This document shows positions 27,474-37,234 of a stretch of DNA of 62,192 nucleotides, piece after piece. The notes below the pieces were generated by a model. That model worked only from the letters and a program-made list of their open reading frames with translations, made no database searches and was not told the origin of the DNA. Where the stretch lies: NCBI GenBank assembly GCA_016777435.1, contig JADHRK010000001.1:1-62192 (forward strand). The letters run 5' to 3'. Source of the DNA: Flavobacteriales bacterium (GTDB taxonomy: Bacteria > Bacteroidota > Bacteroidia > Flavobacteriales_D > Sanyastnellaceae). Every line of letters begins with the position of its first letter. The stretch's first letter is position 1. Made by a program: the position numbers and the translations under genes.

Positions 27474-28651
27474 GTTGGATCTACCTGGCATGGCGAAACT
27501 TGGGGTTGAAAAAACTTCAAACCACCCTTAGCCTGATTCTGCTAGCCTTTGGAGTGGGAATGGTCAGTTTGCTGATGCTCAGCGAAAAACAACTGAGCGA
27601 TACATTCGACCGAAACATACAGGACATCGACCTCGTGCTCGGAGCGAAAGGCAGTCCCCTTCAATTGATCCTAGCCAATGTCTACCACGTGGACGCTCCA
27701 ACCGGAAACATCCGGCTAGTGGACGCTCAGAAGGTCATTCGCCATCCCTACATAGAAGAAGGAATTCCGCTGGCATATGGCGACAATTACAGAGGGTTCC
27801 GAATTGTTGGAAGCACTGCAGCTTATCTGGATCATTACAATGCTGCACTCCAAGCAGGACGGCGCATTGAAGCGCCATTTGAAGTAGTGATCGGTCGAAA
27901 GGTAGCGGAGACCACCGGGCTCAAAGTAGGCGACACCTTTTTCAGTGCGCATGGATTGCAGGACGAAACCGATGTGCACACGGACAAAACGTTTACGGTC
28001 GTCGGTATGCTTGCGGAAAGTCAATCGGTCATCGATCAGCTTTTGCATTGCACAATCGAGACCATTTGGGCGGTGCACGATGGCCACGGCGAAACGGTGG
28101 ATGAAAGCGACCGTGAAATCACTGCAGTGCTTCTGAAGAAAAGAAATCCATTGGCCGTTCTCACAATTCCCAATGTGATCCGAGATAGCAATATGCAAGT
28201 GGCATTGCCCGCAATTGAAATCAACCGACTGACGCAAAATTTTGGCATTGGACTCAACACCCTCCGGTCCATCGCACTCATCATCATGCTCATCAGCTTC
28301 GCAAGCATCTTCATTTCGGTCTACGACAACCTGATCGCCCGCAAATACGAACTCGCTCTTCTACGCACCATGGGAAGCGGACCATCAGGGGTGTTTTTGT
28401 TGTTGTTGTTGGAAGGTGGATTGCTCAGTTTTGGTGGTGCAGCGCTAGGGCTGGTCTTGAGCCGAGTCGGGTTGCTCGTGCTCGCTGAGCTCGTGCAGGA
28501 CAAGTTCCGCTATGACTGGAGCAGCATTGGACTTCTGCCTAACGAATGGGCTATATTTGGAGTGGCTATATTTGTCGGGCTCATTGCAGCAGCAATCCCC
28601 GGCATTTCCGCTCTGAAAATCGACATCTCACGCACCCTTTCTGAAAAATGA
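27470..28651 (+). CDS. ABC transporter permease, FtsX/MacB type
   Basis: ATGA overlap with the ATPase gene. An N-terminal TM helix is followed by a periplasmic domain of about 200 aa and three C-terminal TM helices (FtsX-like). Confidence 0.8.
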   Translation: MSWIYLAWRNLGLKKLQTTLSLILLAFGVGMVSLLMLSEKQLSDTFDRNIQDIDLVLGAKGSPLQLILANVYHVDAPTGNIRLVDAQKVIRHPYIEEGIPLAYGDNYRGFRIVGSTAAYLDHYNAALQAGRRIEAPFEVVIGRKVAETTGLKVGDTFFSAHGLQDETDVHTDKTFTVVGMLAESQSVIDQLLHCTIETIWAVHDGHGETVDESDREITAVLLKKRNPLAVLTIPNVIRDSNMQVALPAIEINRLTQNFGIGLNTLRSIALIIMLISFASIFISVYDNLIARKYELALLRTMGSGPSGVFLLLLLEGGLLSFGGAALGLVLSRVGLLVLAELVQDKFRYDWSSIGLLPNEWAIFGVAIFVGLIAAAIPGISALKIDISRTLSEK

Positions 28652-29232
28652 ACACTCCAAAAAGACCCCAACAGTTGAAGACGGCATCTTGGATTGGAAT
28701 GCTCGGCTTGATCGCAATGAGCATGACCGACTTAAGCTCCTATTGCCATCCCAGCGAGGGGGCGGAACAACTTCTCAGCCAGGTGAAAGCGGCATCGGAG
28801 GGGCACGCGCTTGCCATGGCGAGCACCGAAGCAAACGCTTTGACGGTAGCGGAAGAATTGACCTGGCGAACATTGGAAGACGTCGAGTTCCAAGATGTTT
28901 ACGTGGAAGAGTTAGACGCATATTATTGGAAACCTACTTTCGGAGGAGGCGTTACGGGGCTGGAAGGAAAAGACGTTTACATCACGGGGTATATGATTCC
29001 GGTAGATCTAGACGAGGACTTCTACGTCTTGAGCCGTTACCCTTTTGCCAATTGTTTTTTCTGTGGTGGAGCGGGGCCCGAATCCGTAGTCGATCTGCGC
29101 TTTCCCGGCAAATCAAAACGCGTGTATCAAACGGATGAACGATTGACCTTCAAAGGCACCTTCCGGTTGAATGCGGATGATGTGTACCAGATGAACTACA
29201 TCCTGGACGGCGCAGTAGAAGATGAACTTTGA
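28648..29232 (+). CDS. Exported hypothetical protein, DUF3299-like (tentative)
   Basis: ATGA overlap with the permease gene. TM/signal segment WIGMLGLIAMSM. The motif KDVYITGYMIPVDLDEDFYVLSRYPFANCFFCGGAGPESVV carries a conserved-looking CxxC. Confidence 0.45.
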   Translation: MNTPKRPQQLKTASWIGMLGLIAMSMTDLSSYCHPSEGAEQLLSQVKAASEGHALAMASTEANALTVAEELTWRTLEDVEFQDVYVEELDAYYWKPTFGGGVTGLEGKDVYITGYMIPVDLDEDFYVLSRYPFANCFFCGGAGPESVVDLRFPGKSKRVYQTDERLTFKGTFRLNADDVYQMNYILDGAVEDEL

Positions 29233-29233
29233 T

Positions 29234-30340
29234 TTACGATTTAGGCCCTGAAGAAGGCCCTTGATCGGAAGCGCGCACCCCGATGGAGCCAGATCGCCCG
29301 CTTTTCAGGTGATCTTGCTTAAGGGCATCCCGCAAACGTGCTTTATTGAAGATTTTAGCACTGTCTTTTACGCCGCGGCGCAACTTCTTTTGTTCTTCTT
29401 CTGGAAGCTGAATGATGCTGTTGCACTTCGAGCTGCACGTCCCTTGGTATTGTTCGGTGCAAGAGGCGCATTGAATGAACAGCAAGTTGCAGGCCACGTT
29501 GAGGCAGTTGGTGTGATCGTCACAAGGCGCACCGCATTGGTGGCATTCGGCAATCACATCCGCTGAGATGCGTTCTGCCCTTCGTTCATCAAAGACGAAA
29601 TTCTTGCCGATGAAGCGATTCTCCAATCCATTCGCTCGGACTTGCCGCGTGTACTCAATGATTCCTCCTTCCAATTGGTGCACATTGGGAAAGCCTTTGT
29701 GTTTGAGCCACGCAGAGGCTTTTTCGCAGCGAATTCCGCCGGTGCAGTACATCACGATATTCTGCTCCTCTTTGCCTTGCAACAAATCCTCTACCAACTC
29801 TATTTCTTCGCGAAAGGTATCCACATCCGGAGTAATGGCACCTTTAAAATATCCAACTTCACTTTCATAATGGTTGCGCATGTCGATGAGGATGGTATCA
29901 TCTTTTGCCGTCAGGGCATTGAATCCTTCCGCGTCCAAATGAACCCCTGTGTCCCGAACATCGAAAGCCTTATCGTTCAAACCGTCGGCCACAATTTTGT
30001 CCCGAACCTTGATCATCAACTTGAAGAAGGATTTCCCATCATCTACCGCAACATTGAGCCGAACGCCGTCCAAGAATGCAACGCTATAGAGGTGTTCTTG
30101 AAAAGCTTCAAAGGCGACGGTGGGCACCGAAATTTGAGCATTGATCCCTTCACGCGCCACGTAGGTGCGGCCCAGCACGCCAAGTTCATTCCAATGGATG
30201 AACAAATAATCTCGAAAGAAGGCGGGGTTGAGAATGCGCGCATATTGGTAAAAAGAAACCGTCGTACGGTCATTTTCTCCATGCTCCATGCGTTCCAACA
30301 ACACCTTTCGATCGACCAAATTGCGCAGTTGTTGCTTCAT
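29234..30340 (-). CDS. trhO: tRNA uridine(34) hydroxylase, rhodanese-domain protein (UPF0176/YceA)
   Basis: VSFYQYARI..., a rhodanese active-site loop MYCTGGIRCEKASAWLK, and a Cys-rich C-terminal tail CHQCGAPCDDHTNCLNVAC. The ATG at 30340 is preferred over the GTG at 30355. Confidence 0.8.
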   Translation of the reverse strand: MKQQLRNLVDRKVLLERMEHGENDRTTVSFYQYARILNPAFFRDYLFIHWNELGVLGRTYVAREGINAQISVPTVAFEAFQEHLYSVAFLDGVRLNVAVDDGKSFFKLMIKVRDKIVADGLNDKAFDVRDTGVHLDAEGFNALTAKDDTILIDMRNHYESEVGYFKGAITPDVDTFREEIELVEDLLQGKEEQNIVMYCTGGIRCEKASAWLKHKGFPNVHQLEGGIIEYTRQVRANGLENRFIGKNFVFDERRAERISADVIAECHQCGAPCDDHTNCLNVACNLLFIQCASCTEQYQGTCSSKCNSIIQLPEEEQKKLRRGVKDSAKIFNKARLRDALKQDHLKSGRSGSIGVRASDQGPSSGPKS

Positions 30341-30501
30341 GCGATTACAAGTCACAGTGCCTCTCCAGCGCGGAGGGTCATTCGTTAGTTACAGGAGCAA
30401 AGATACGGAAACATAAGGGTGTGGGTAAAATCGCTCTCCTTGGAGCAATAAAGAGTGCGCCGTTGAGTTTTGAAAGAGAACCGATCGTCAATGCCACGAA
30501 C

Positions 30502-30687
30502 ATGTTAGAATTCTGCAAGAAAGTCCTCCTAAAAGTGGGCCACAACCGCGAATCGTTTGCGCGGGAACTTGGAAAAGCTGTCCGAATCCTTCAACCTATT
30601 GAAATCAGGCAATTGAAAGCATGGTGTCGCGTGCAATTCGCCCCAGCCTATTCCGACATCATTCGCGGGGCTTTTGCGGGCTATTGA
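30502..30687 (+). CDS. Small hypothetical protein (61 aa)
   Basis: It is the only ORF in an otherwise empty gap. The ATG at 30502 gives MLEFCKKVLLKVGHNRESFARELGKAVRILQPIEIRQLKAWC..., which resembles a small conserved flavobacterial protein from memory. The GTG-extended version (30421) seems unlikely. Confidence 0.3.
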   Translation: MLEFCKKVLLKVGHNRESFARELGKAVRILQPIEIRQLKAWCRVQFAPAYSDIIRGAFAGY

Positions 30688-30706
30688 AGTCGTGGACCCC
30701 ACACCC

Positions 30707-31657
30707 TCATTCTCCGTCATCGCACGGAAAGGCAGCCTGCACGTTGCGCAGAATGCCTTGATAACCTGAACGCTTGACCGCACTCTTCTTGAAAACGGAA
30801 CGAAATACTTCTTCCGTCATCTCCTGCCAATCCGCAGCGTCCAATCCCAGCAAATCCGGATGCGGTTCAAATAACGGTTCATTGTGACGAGTCGCATGCC
30901 GATTCCAAGGACAGACTTCCTGGCAGATATCGCAGCCAAACACCCAAGGCGACAATTGCTGTGCAGCCGGCTCAGGAATCGCTCCACGCAATTCAATCGT
31001 GTAATAACTAATGCACTTTGAACCATCCACCACCTGAGACTGAATAATGGCTCCCGTTGGACAGGCGTCGATGCATCGTGTGCACGTGCCACAATGATCA
31101 GACGAAGGGGCGTCCGGTTCGAGATCAACATCCATGATGATTTCAGCAATGAAAAAATAACTGCCCATGCCTTGGTTCAACAACAAGCTATTTTTTCCTA
31201 CCCAACCCAGTCCACTTTCTGCTGCCCAGGCGCGCTCATGGACGGGTGCTGAATCCACAAAAACCCGACCTTCTACCTCACCCCATTCCCGCTGCATGCC
31301 CTTCATCAGCTCCTTCAGTTTCCGCTTCAAGACGTGATGGTAATCCTGGCCGTATGCATAACTCGCAATCCGAGGCGCATCCGCGGTGGGCTGATCAGGA
31401 TTGTGGTAATTGAAAAGCAGTGAAACAACTGTTTTCGCTCCCGGAACCAACTTTCTCGGGTCCAAGCGCAGATCAAAATTTCGCTCGAGGTAACCCATTT
31501 CTCCATGGTAACCGAGTTTGAGCCATTCTTCCAATCGATCGGCCTCCTCGTCCAAAAATCGGGCCTTGCTCACCCCAACGGCCTCAAAACCCAATGCCTT
31601 CGCTTCTCGAACGAGCCATTCCTTTCGCGTCAAACGTAAATTATTCGCGTGTGCCAT
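30707..31657 (-). CDS. queG: tRNA epoxyqueuosine(34) reductase
   Basis: GYHGEMGYLERN, and 4Fe-4S motifs CGTCTRCIDACPTGAI and CDICQEVCPWN. It abuts the ruvB stop with no gap. Confidence 0.9.
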   Translation of the reverse strand: MAHANNLRLTRKEWLVREAKALGFEAVGVSKARFLDEEADRLEEWLKLGYHGEMGYLERNFDLRLDPRKLVPGAKTVVSLLFNYHNPDQPTADAPRIASYAYGQDYHHVLKRKLKELMKGMQREWGEVEGRVFVDSAPVHERAWAAESGLGWVGKNSLLLNQGMGSYFFIAEIIMDVDLEPDAPSSDHCGTCTRCIDACPTGAIIQSQVVDGSKCISYYTIELRGAIPEPAAQQLSPWVFGCDICQEVCPWNRHATRHNEPLFEPHPDLLGLDAADWQEMTEEVFRSVFKKSAVKRSGYQGILRNVQAAFPCDDGE

Positions 31658-32683
31658 TTACTCGGCAAACAACTTTCCTGAGCGACCATCTGGCTTTCGT
31701 CCCAAGTGTGAATACGCTGCAGGCGTTGCCTGCCGCCCACGCGGGGTTCGAATCAAGAATCCCTCTTGAATCAAATACGGCTCATACACTTCTTCTAACG
31801 TCCCCGGATTTTCTCCAATCGCCGTGGCAATGGTTGATGCGCCAACAGGACCTCCTCCGAACTTATCAATCAAAGCAGAAAGGATTCGGTTGTCCATCTC
31901 GTCCAATCCCTTCTTGTCCACATGCAAAGCATCCAAGGCAAATTCAGTGATGGCTTGATCAATATTGCCCGTGCCTTTGATCTCAGCGAAATCCCTCACT
32001 CGCCGCAACAAAGCATTTGCAATTCGAGGGGTTCCTCGGCTGCGCGAAGCGATTTCGTACGCAGCTGAATGCACAGTAGGTATCTGAAGAATCCCCGCAC
32101 TTCGCTCAACGATGTCTGTGAGCACCTTGGCATCGTAGTACTGCAACCTCAAGTTGATTCCGAAGCGAGCACGAAGCGGCGCCGTGAGCAATCCAGACCG
32201 GGTGGTTGCCCCCACCAAGGTGAAGGGATTTAATTCAATTTGCACCGTTCGCGCATTCGGTCCTGTATCAATGACCAGGTCAATCCGATAGTCCTCCATC
32301 GCACTGTACAGGTATTCTTCCACCACCGGCGACAATCGATGAATCTCATCAATGAATAGCACATCATTGGTCTCCAGATTGGTCAACAAACCTGCCAAAT
32401 CCCCAGGTTTATCTAAGACCGGTCCTGAGGTTGTTCGGATGGAGACGCCTAATTCATTGGCGACGATGTTAGCAAGCGTCGTCTTGCCCAATCCCGGAGG
32501 CCCGTGCAAAAGGGTATGGTCCATGGCTTCTCCCCGTTTCGTTGCAGCCTGCACGAAAATCTCCAAATTCTCCATGGCGGCGCGTTGACCTGTAAAATCT
32601 TCAAACCGTGCTGGACGCAAAACGCGATCCATGTCACCATCAGTGGGCTGCTCAGCTTCGTTTCTCAAATCAAAGTCTTCCAT
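31658..32683 (-). CDS. ruvB: Holliday junction branch migration DNA helicase RuvB
   Basis: [12 protein letters not shown], Walker [37 protein letters not shown]. Confidence 0.95.
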   Translation of the reverse strand: MEDFDLRNEAEQPTDGDMDRVLRPARFEDFTGQRAAMENLEIFVQAATKRGEAMDHTLLHGPPGLGKTTLANIVANELGVSIRTTSGPVLDKPGDLAGLLTNLETNDVLFIDEIHRLSPVVEEYLYSAMEDYRIDLVIDTGPNARTVQIELNPFTLVGATTRSGLLTAPLRARFGINLRLQYYDAKVLTDIVERSAGILQIPTVHSAAYEIASRSRGTPRIANALLRRVRDFAEIKGTGNIDQAITEFALDALHVDKKGLDEMDNRILSALIDKFGGGPVGASTIATAIGENPGTLEEVYEPYLIQEGFLIRTPRGRQATPAAYSHLGRKPDGRSGKLFAE

Positions 32684-32710
32684 ATGCCATGCAAGTTAAT
32701 CCGTCCGTAC

Positions 32711-32749
32711 AAAAAAAGACCCCAAAGCAATGAGCTTTGGGGTCTTTTT
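32711..32749 (-). terminator. Rho-independent terminator downstream of coxI (A/T-flanked, potentially bidirectional)
   Basis: A 13-bp stem, AAGACCCCAAAGC / GCTTTGGGGTCTT (32716-32746), with a 5-nt loop. On the minus strand it is followed by T7. It lies about 22 nt after the coxI stop. Confidence 0.7.
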
Positions 32750-32770
32750 CAAGTAGGTGTATCTATTGAA

Positions 32771-34528
32771 CTAGTGTACCTCTTCGCCAGACAGCGCAGG
32801 CGTGGTCTGAGGCACAAAATCAGCATCATGTACGGGGTTCGAATAATCATATGCCCAACGATGCACTTCAGGAAGCGGTCCGTCCCAGTTGCCGTGAACA
32901 TGGCGTACCGGTGTGGTCCATTCCAGTGTGTTGGACATCCATGGGTTTTGCACGGATTTTTGACCGTAGAAGATGCTGTAGAAGAAGTTGAAGAGGAAGA
33001 ACAGTTGTCCAATCGCTCCAACGATTGCAAAGGTCGATATGAGTGGCTGCAAGTCCATCACGCTGCCTAAGAAATCAAAATTACTGTACTCGTAGTAACG
33101 CCGTGGTGCTCCAGCAATCCCGACAAAATGCATTGGGAAAAACACGCCGTACCCGCATACGATGGTTACCCAAAAGTGAGCAAAACCCAACTTGGTATTC
33201 ATCATTCGCCCAAACATCTTTGGAAACCAGTGGTAAATCCCTGCGAGCATTCCAAAAATCGCAGACATCCCCATAACGATGTGGAAGTGGGCTACTACGA
33301 AGTACGTATCGTGGACATTTACGTCCAACGCTGAGTCTGCCAAAATAATCCCGGTCAAACCCCCTGTGACAAACGTGCTCACCAAACCAATGCTAAACAA
33401 CATGGCAGGCGTGAAACGAATGTTGCCTTGCCACAACGTTGTGATGTAGTTGAAGGCTTTCACAGCAGATGGAATCGCAATCAACAATGTGGTGAACACG
33501 AATACGGATCCCAAGAACGGATTCATTCCGGTCACGAACATGTGGTGACCCCAGACAATGAACGACAAGAATCCAATACCAAGAAGTGAACCAACCATGG
33601 CTTTGTAACCAAAGATCGGCTTGCGTGCGTTCGTGGCAATGACCTCGGAACTAATGCCCAATGCAGGCAACAGAACGATGTAAACTTCGGGGTGACCAAG
33701 GAACCAAAACAAGTGCTGATACAGGATGGGACTTCCACCCGTTACGTCCAATGCTTCACCACCAATGAAGATGTCTGAAAGGTAGAACGCTGTTCCCATC
33801 GTTCGGTCCATCAGCAGCAAAACCACGGCAGAGACCAGTACTGGAAAGCTCAAGACACCGAGAATCGCCGTGACCATAAACGCCCAAATGGTGAGCGGTA
33901 GACGTGTCATTGACATGCCTTTCGTCCGCAGATTGATGATCGTTACAACGTAATTCAACCCTCCAAGCAAAGAACTCACGACAAAAAGGACCATGGAGAT
34001 TAGCCACAAGGTCATTCCCATGCCCGACCCTGGCATCGCCTGGGGCAATGCAGACAAGGGAGGATATACCGTCCAGCCACCCGACGCGGCTCCACCCTCG
34101 GTGAACAAAGACAGAATCATGATAACACTCGAGAAGAAGAAGAACCAGTAGCTCAGCATATTCAAAAAACCGGAAGCCATGTCACGGGCGCCGATTTGAA
34201 GCGGAATAAGGAGGTTCGAAAAGGTCCCCGACAGCCCACCTGTCAAAACAAAGAAAACCATAATGGTTCCGTGGATGGTCACCAATGCCAGATAGGCGTT
34301 GCGATCCAGAACTCCCCCTGGCGCCCATTTGCCCAAGAAGGTTTCCAAGATGGCAAAACTTTCTCCCGGCCAGCCCAGCTGCAATCGGAAGAAAACCGAC
34401 AACATAACAGCTACGATTCCCATTACGATAGCCGTAACGAGGAATTGCTTGGAGATCATCTTGTGATCGTGTGAGAAAACGTATTTCGATACGAAACTCT
34501 CTTCGTGATGATGTGCTTGTGCGCCCAT
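32771..34528 (-). CDS. ctaD: Cytochrome c oxidase subunit I
   Basis: 12-TM haem-copper oxidase signature: WFFGHPEVY-like FWFLGHPEVYIVLLP, WGHHMFVTGM, VVAHFHIVMG. Confidence 0.95.
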   Translation of the reverse strand: MGAQAHHHEESFVSKYVFSHDHKMISKQFLVTAIVMGIVAVMLSVFFRLQLGWPGESFAILETFLGKWAPGGVLDRNAYLALVTIHGTIMVFFVLTGGLSGTFSNLLIPLQIGARDMASGFLNMLSYWFFFFSSVIMILSLFTEGGAASGGWTVYPPLSALPQAMPGSGMGMTLWLISMVLFVVSSLLGGLNYVVTIINLRTKGMSMTRLPLTIWAFMVTAILGVLSFPVLVSAVVLLLMDRTMGTAFYLSDIFIGGEALDVTGGSPILYQHLFWFLGHPEVYIVLLPALGISSEVIATNARKPIFGYKAMVGSLLGIGFLSFIVWGHHMFVTGMNPFLGSVFVFTTLLIAIPSAVKAFNYITTLWQGNIRFTPAMLFSIGLVSTFVTGGLTGIILADSALDVNVHDTYFVVAHFHIVMGMSAIFGMLAGIYHWFPKMFGRMMNTKLGFAHFWVTIVCGYGVFFPMHFVGIAGAPRRYYEYSNFDFLGSVMDLQPLISTFAIVGAIGQLFFLFNFFYSIFYGQKSVQNPWMSNTLEWTTPVRHVHGNWDGPLPEVHRWAYDYSNPVHDADFVPQTTPALSGEEVH

Positions 34529-34531
34529 GAT

Positions 34532-35953
34532 TTAGAGGGATGCAGTTATGGTTTGACTTTCTTTCTGTGCGGAGGCTTGCTCCATCTCTGGCTCCTCAGA
34601 ACCCTCCTTAACAATAAACTCACCTTGCTCCGAAAGCCAGGTGTCGTATGCTTCTTGCGATTCGATCACGATCTTCATTTGCATGTTGAAGTGCGCCGCA
34701 CCGCAAACTTTGTTGCAAAGCAACACGTAATCGAATTCGGGATTTTCCAGAACAGTGCGCATGGAATCCGTGGTAATCGTTGGTTTCATCTTGAACCGCG
34801 TAGGAACACCGGGTACCGTATTCATCTGAGCGCGGAACTGTGGCATATACGCGGAATGAATCACGTCGCGTGAACGGAAAACAAATTCAACTTCTCGCCC
34901 AACGGGCAAGTGAAACTCACCTTTTACAATTTGATCGTCCATTCCCGATTCCCAAGCCGTGAGCTCTCCATCAAAATCGAAGTTCCGAATTTCTTGAATC
35001 CGCTGTCTGTGGCGGATTAGACGGTACAACTTATCCTCTTTCGCCTCAAAGGCAGCCTCCGTTAAGATGTTGACTTTATCCGACTCAAGCATGTGCTCAA
35101 TTTCCGCCATCCGAGCTTCTAGCGCCTGTTTGCCATCGCCGTGATCGTCTGCATGGGCGTCGTGGCCATGGTCGTCATGTCCATGGTTATCGTGGCTGTG
35201 GTCGTCATGTCCATGATCGTCATTCAACTCTGCTTCTATCGCAGCCCACTCTGCAAGCAAATGGCCTTTTTCGTAATTGATTTCCTCTTCGACTTTGGCA
35301 ATTTTTTCCTCGATTTCTGTCAACGCAGCAGCTACCCCGTCTTCTGTCACAATCCCCAATGCGTTCATCGGAGTGATCAGGTTGTAGTTTGCTTGGCCAA
35401 ATTCACCATCCGCACCGGGATAGCGAGCGGTCCAATCGAATTGCTTGGAATAAAGCTCTACGCGCAACGCATCTTCGGAAGCCTCACCGGTCATTTCATT
35501 CCATGTTTGCAGTCCGTAGGCAATGATGATTGCCAAGACAACGGAAGGAATAACGGTCCAGATCAGTTCGAGTCGGTTGTCGTGCGCAATAAAACGCGCT
35601 TTGCGATCCGCACGGTGGTAGTACTTCGCAGAGAACCAAAATAGCAGGGTATTGACGATGAAGAATACCACAAAGATAATGGCCATGTTAAAGTCCATCA
35701 GCCGGTCGACTGCCACTCCGTGCTCAGAGGCAGGAGGAGTTCCATATGAACCATACTTCACCAGAAGTACCACAAATGAAACGTAAAACGCGACCATGAA
35801 GGCCAAGAACAGACCACCGTTCAACCGGTTGTCAGCTTCTGATATGTCCTCTTCCCGCTTTCCTCGCAGTGAGATGGAAAGCTGGTACACTTTGGACAAC
35901 TGCACTGCAGCTACCAAACCAAGGACAACAACGAGGAGAATGAGCAATTTCAT
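34532..35953 (-). CDS. ctaC: Cytochrome c oxidase subunit II with a long helical/His-rich insertion and no fused cytochrome c domain
   Basis: CuA cupredoxin motifs DVIHSAYMPQF and CNKVCGAAHFNM. An insertion of about 130 aa splits the domain and includes NDDHGHDDHSHDNHGHDDHGHDAHADDHGDG. The ATG at 35953 is preferred over the GTG at 35956. Confidence 0.85.
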   Translation of the reverse strand: MKLLILLVVVLGLVAAVQLSKVYQLSISLRGKREEDISEADNRLNGGLFLAFMVAFYVSFVVLLVKYGSYGTPPASEHGVAVDRLMDFNMAIIFVVFFIVNTLLFWFSAKYYHRADRKARFIAHDNRLELIWTVIPSVVLAIIIAYGLQTWNEMTGEASEDALRVELYSKQFDWTARYPGADGEFGQANYNLITPMNALGIVTEDGVAAALTEIEEKIAKVEEEINYEKGHLLAEWAAIEAELNDDHGHDDHSHDNHGHDDHGHDAHADDHGDGKQALEARMAEIEHMLESDKVNILTEAAFEAKEDKLYRLIRHRQRIQEIRNFDFDGELTAWESGMDDQIVKGEFHLPVGREVEFVFRSRDVIHSAYMPQFRAQMNTVPGVPTRFKMKPTITTDSMRTVLENPEFDYVLLCNKVCGAAHFNMQMKIVIESQEAYDTWLSEQGEFIVKEGSEEPEMEQASAQKESQTITASL

Positions 35954-35972
35954 CACTTAACGGGTCTTGCAA

Positions 35973-37232
35973 TCAATAGTGTAGTTCTTTCGACTCTTGT
36001 AACATCGGATGATTCTTAGGAATCAACGGCGCATTGCTCAACGCATTTAACGTGCGGTTGATATACAGGCCAAGGAAACCGAGAAACAATCCTATCTCAA
36101 AAATACCGAATTCATTGTGGTCAAACATCGTCCCGGGTATAACAAGCAGATACACGTCTGCAAAGTGCCCTAAGAAGATGAGCGTCCCCACAGGGACGAT
36201 GAATTTTGAATTTCGTTTGGTATCCCGTGGCAACAAGGTGTAAAACGGAATGGCGAAATTCACGAAGAAGGTGATCATGAAAGGCACTTGATAATCGGAG
36301 AAAAAGCGCTGGGTATAATACGTCACTTCCTCTGGGATATTCGCATACCAGATCAAGAGGAATTGGCTCACCCAGAGGTAACTCCAAAGCATCGATATCG
36401 CAAACATCCACTTCGAAATGTCATGCATGTGGCTTGATGTAACCTCTTGGTAATACCCTTTCCCACGCAACCAAATCAAACCCACATTGAGCATGATCAT
36501 GAAGCTCACCCACATCCCTGAGAACAAATACCATCCGAATAGGGTGGAGAACCAGTGGACATCAATGGACATTACCCAATCCCACGCGAGCATCGAACTG
36601 AAAACAGCGAAAAACACCAAGAATACCGCACTGCGGCGAAATTGCTTGAAGTGTAAATCCAAATCCGGTTTCTCATCCTCGAGCAACGACCATCTTCGGA
36701 ATAAACGAGCGAAAATCAAGAAAGTCGCCACATAACCCAACGTTCTAAGCCAGAAAAACCAAGGGGTGAAGTAAGCCTCTTTGCCCGCAATGATGTGGTC
36801 ATAATTGGGGTTTTCAACCGCTCCTGCCTCAAGGGCATCCAAGTATACCGTCTGGTCCCCGTCCACGACCATGTATTCATGGTAAAGCGTTGAATCCATC
36901 CAATGGTACAAATGGTGCGCATGGAAAAAGTGTCCTGCGGCCAATACAAAGATGATCACGCCCCCACCGATGGGCAAGAAGTGCCACATGGCCTCAAATG
37001 TTCGCTTGATGATGGCTGACCATGAGGCTTCTACCGCATAGTTCAACGCATAAAAGAACAAGGCTGCCAAAGAGATGGAAAACCAAAAGAATCCATTGAT
37101 GAGCAGGTTGGCCCACCAGCGCTGGTGGTGATCCGATCCATCGGTAAAAAAGCCTCCAATCAAGGCAATCAACCCAATTCCCATGAGGATTTGAGTGATC
37201 AGTTTCGTACGTCCTTCGAATTTGAATTCCAT
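35973..37232 (-). CDS. actF: Alternative complex III subunit ActF (quinol:cytochrome c oxidoreductase, second NrfD-like membrane subunit)
   Basis: A polytopic membrane protein of 419 aa in the canonical position after actE. Confidence 0.7.
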   Translation of the reverse strand: MEFKFEGRTKLITQILMGIGLIALIGGFFTDGSDHHQRWWANLLINGFFWFSISLAALFFYALNYAVEASWSAIIKRTFEAMWHFLPIGGGVIIFVLAAGHFFHAHHLYHWMDSTLYHEYMVVDGDQTVYLDALEAGAVENPNYDHIIAGKEAYFTPWFFWLRTLGYVATFLIFARLFRRWSLLEDEKPDLDLHFKQFRRSAVFLVFFAVFSSMLAWDWVMSIDVHWFSTLFGWYLFSGMWVSFMIMLNVGLIWLRGKGYYQEVTSSHMHDISKWMFAISMLWSYLWVSQFLLIWYANIPEEVTYYTQRFFSDYQVPFMITFFVNFAIPFYTLLPRDTKRNSKFIVPVGTLIFLGHFADVYLLVIPGTMFDHNEFGIFEIGLFLGFLGLYINRTLNALSNAPLIPKNHPMLQESKELHY

Positions 37233-37234
37233 GA

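Noticed and set aside
35141-35644. A 167-aa plus-strand ORF beginning MIVCMGVVAMVVMSMVIVAVVVM
   Set aside because: It is the antisense reading of the His/Asp-rich repeat and neighbouring part of coxII, so it is an artefact of the repeat.
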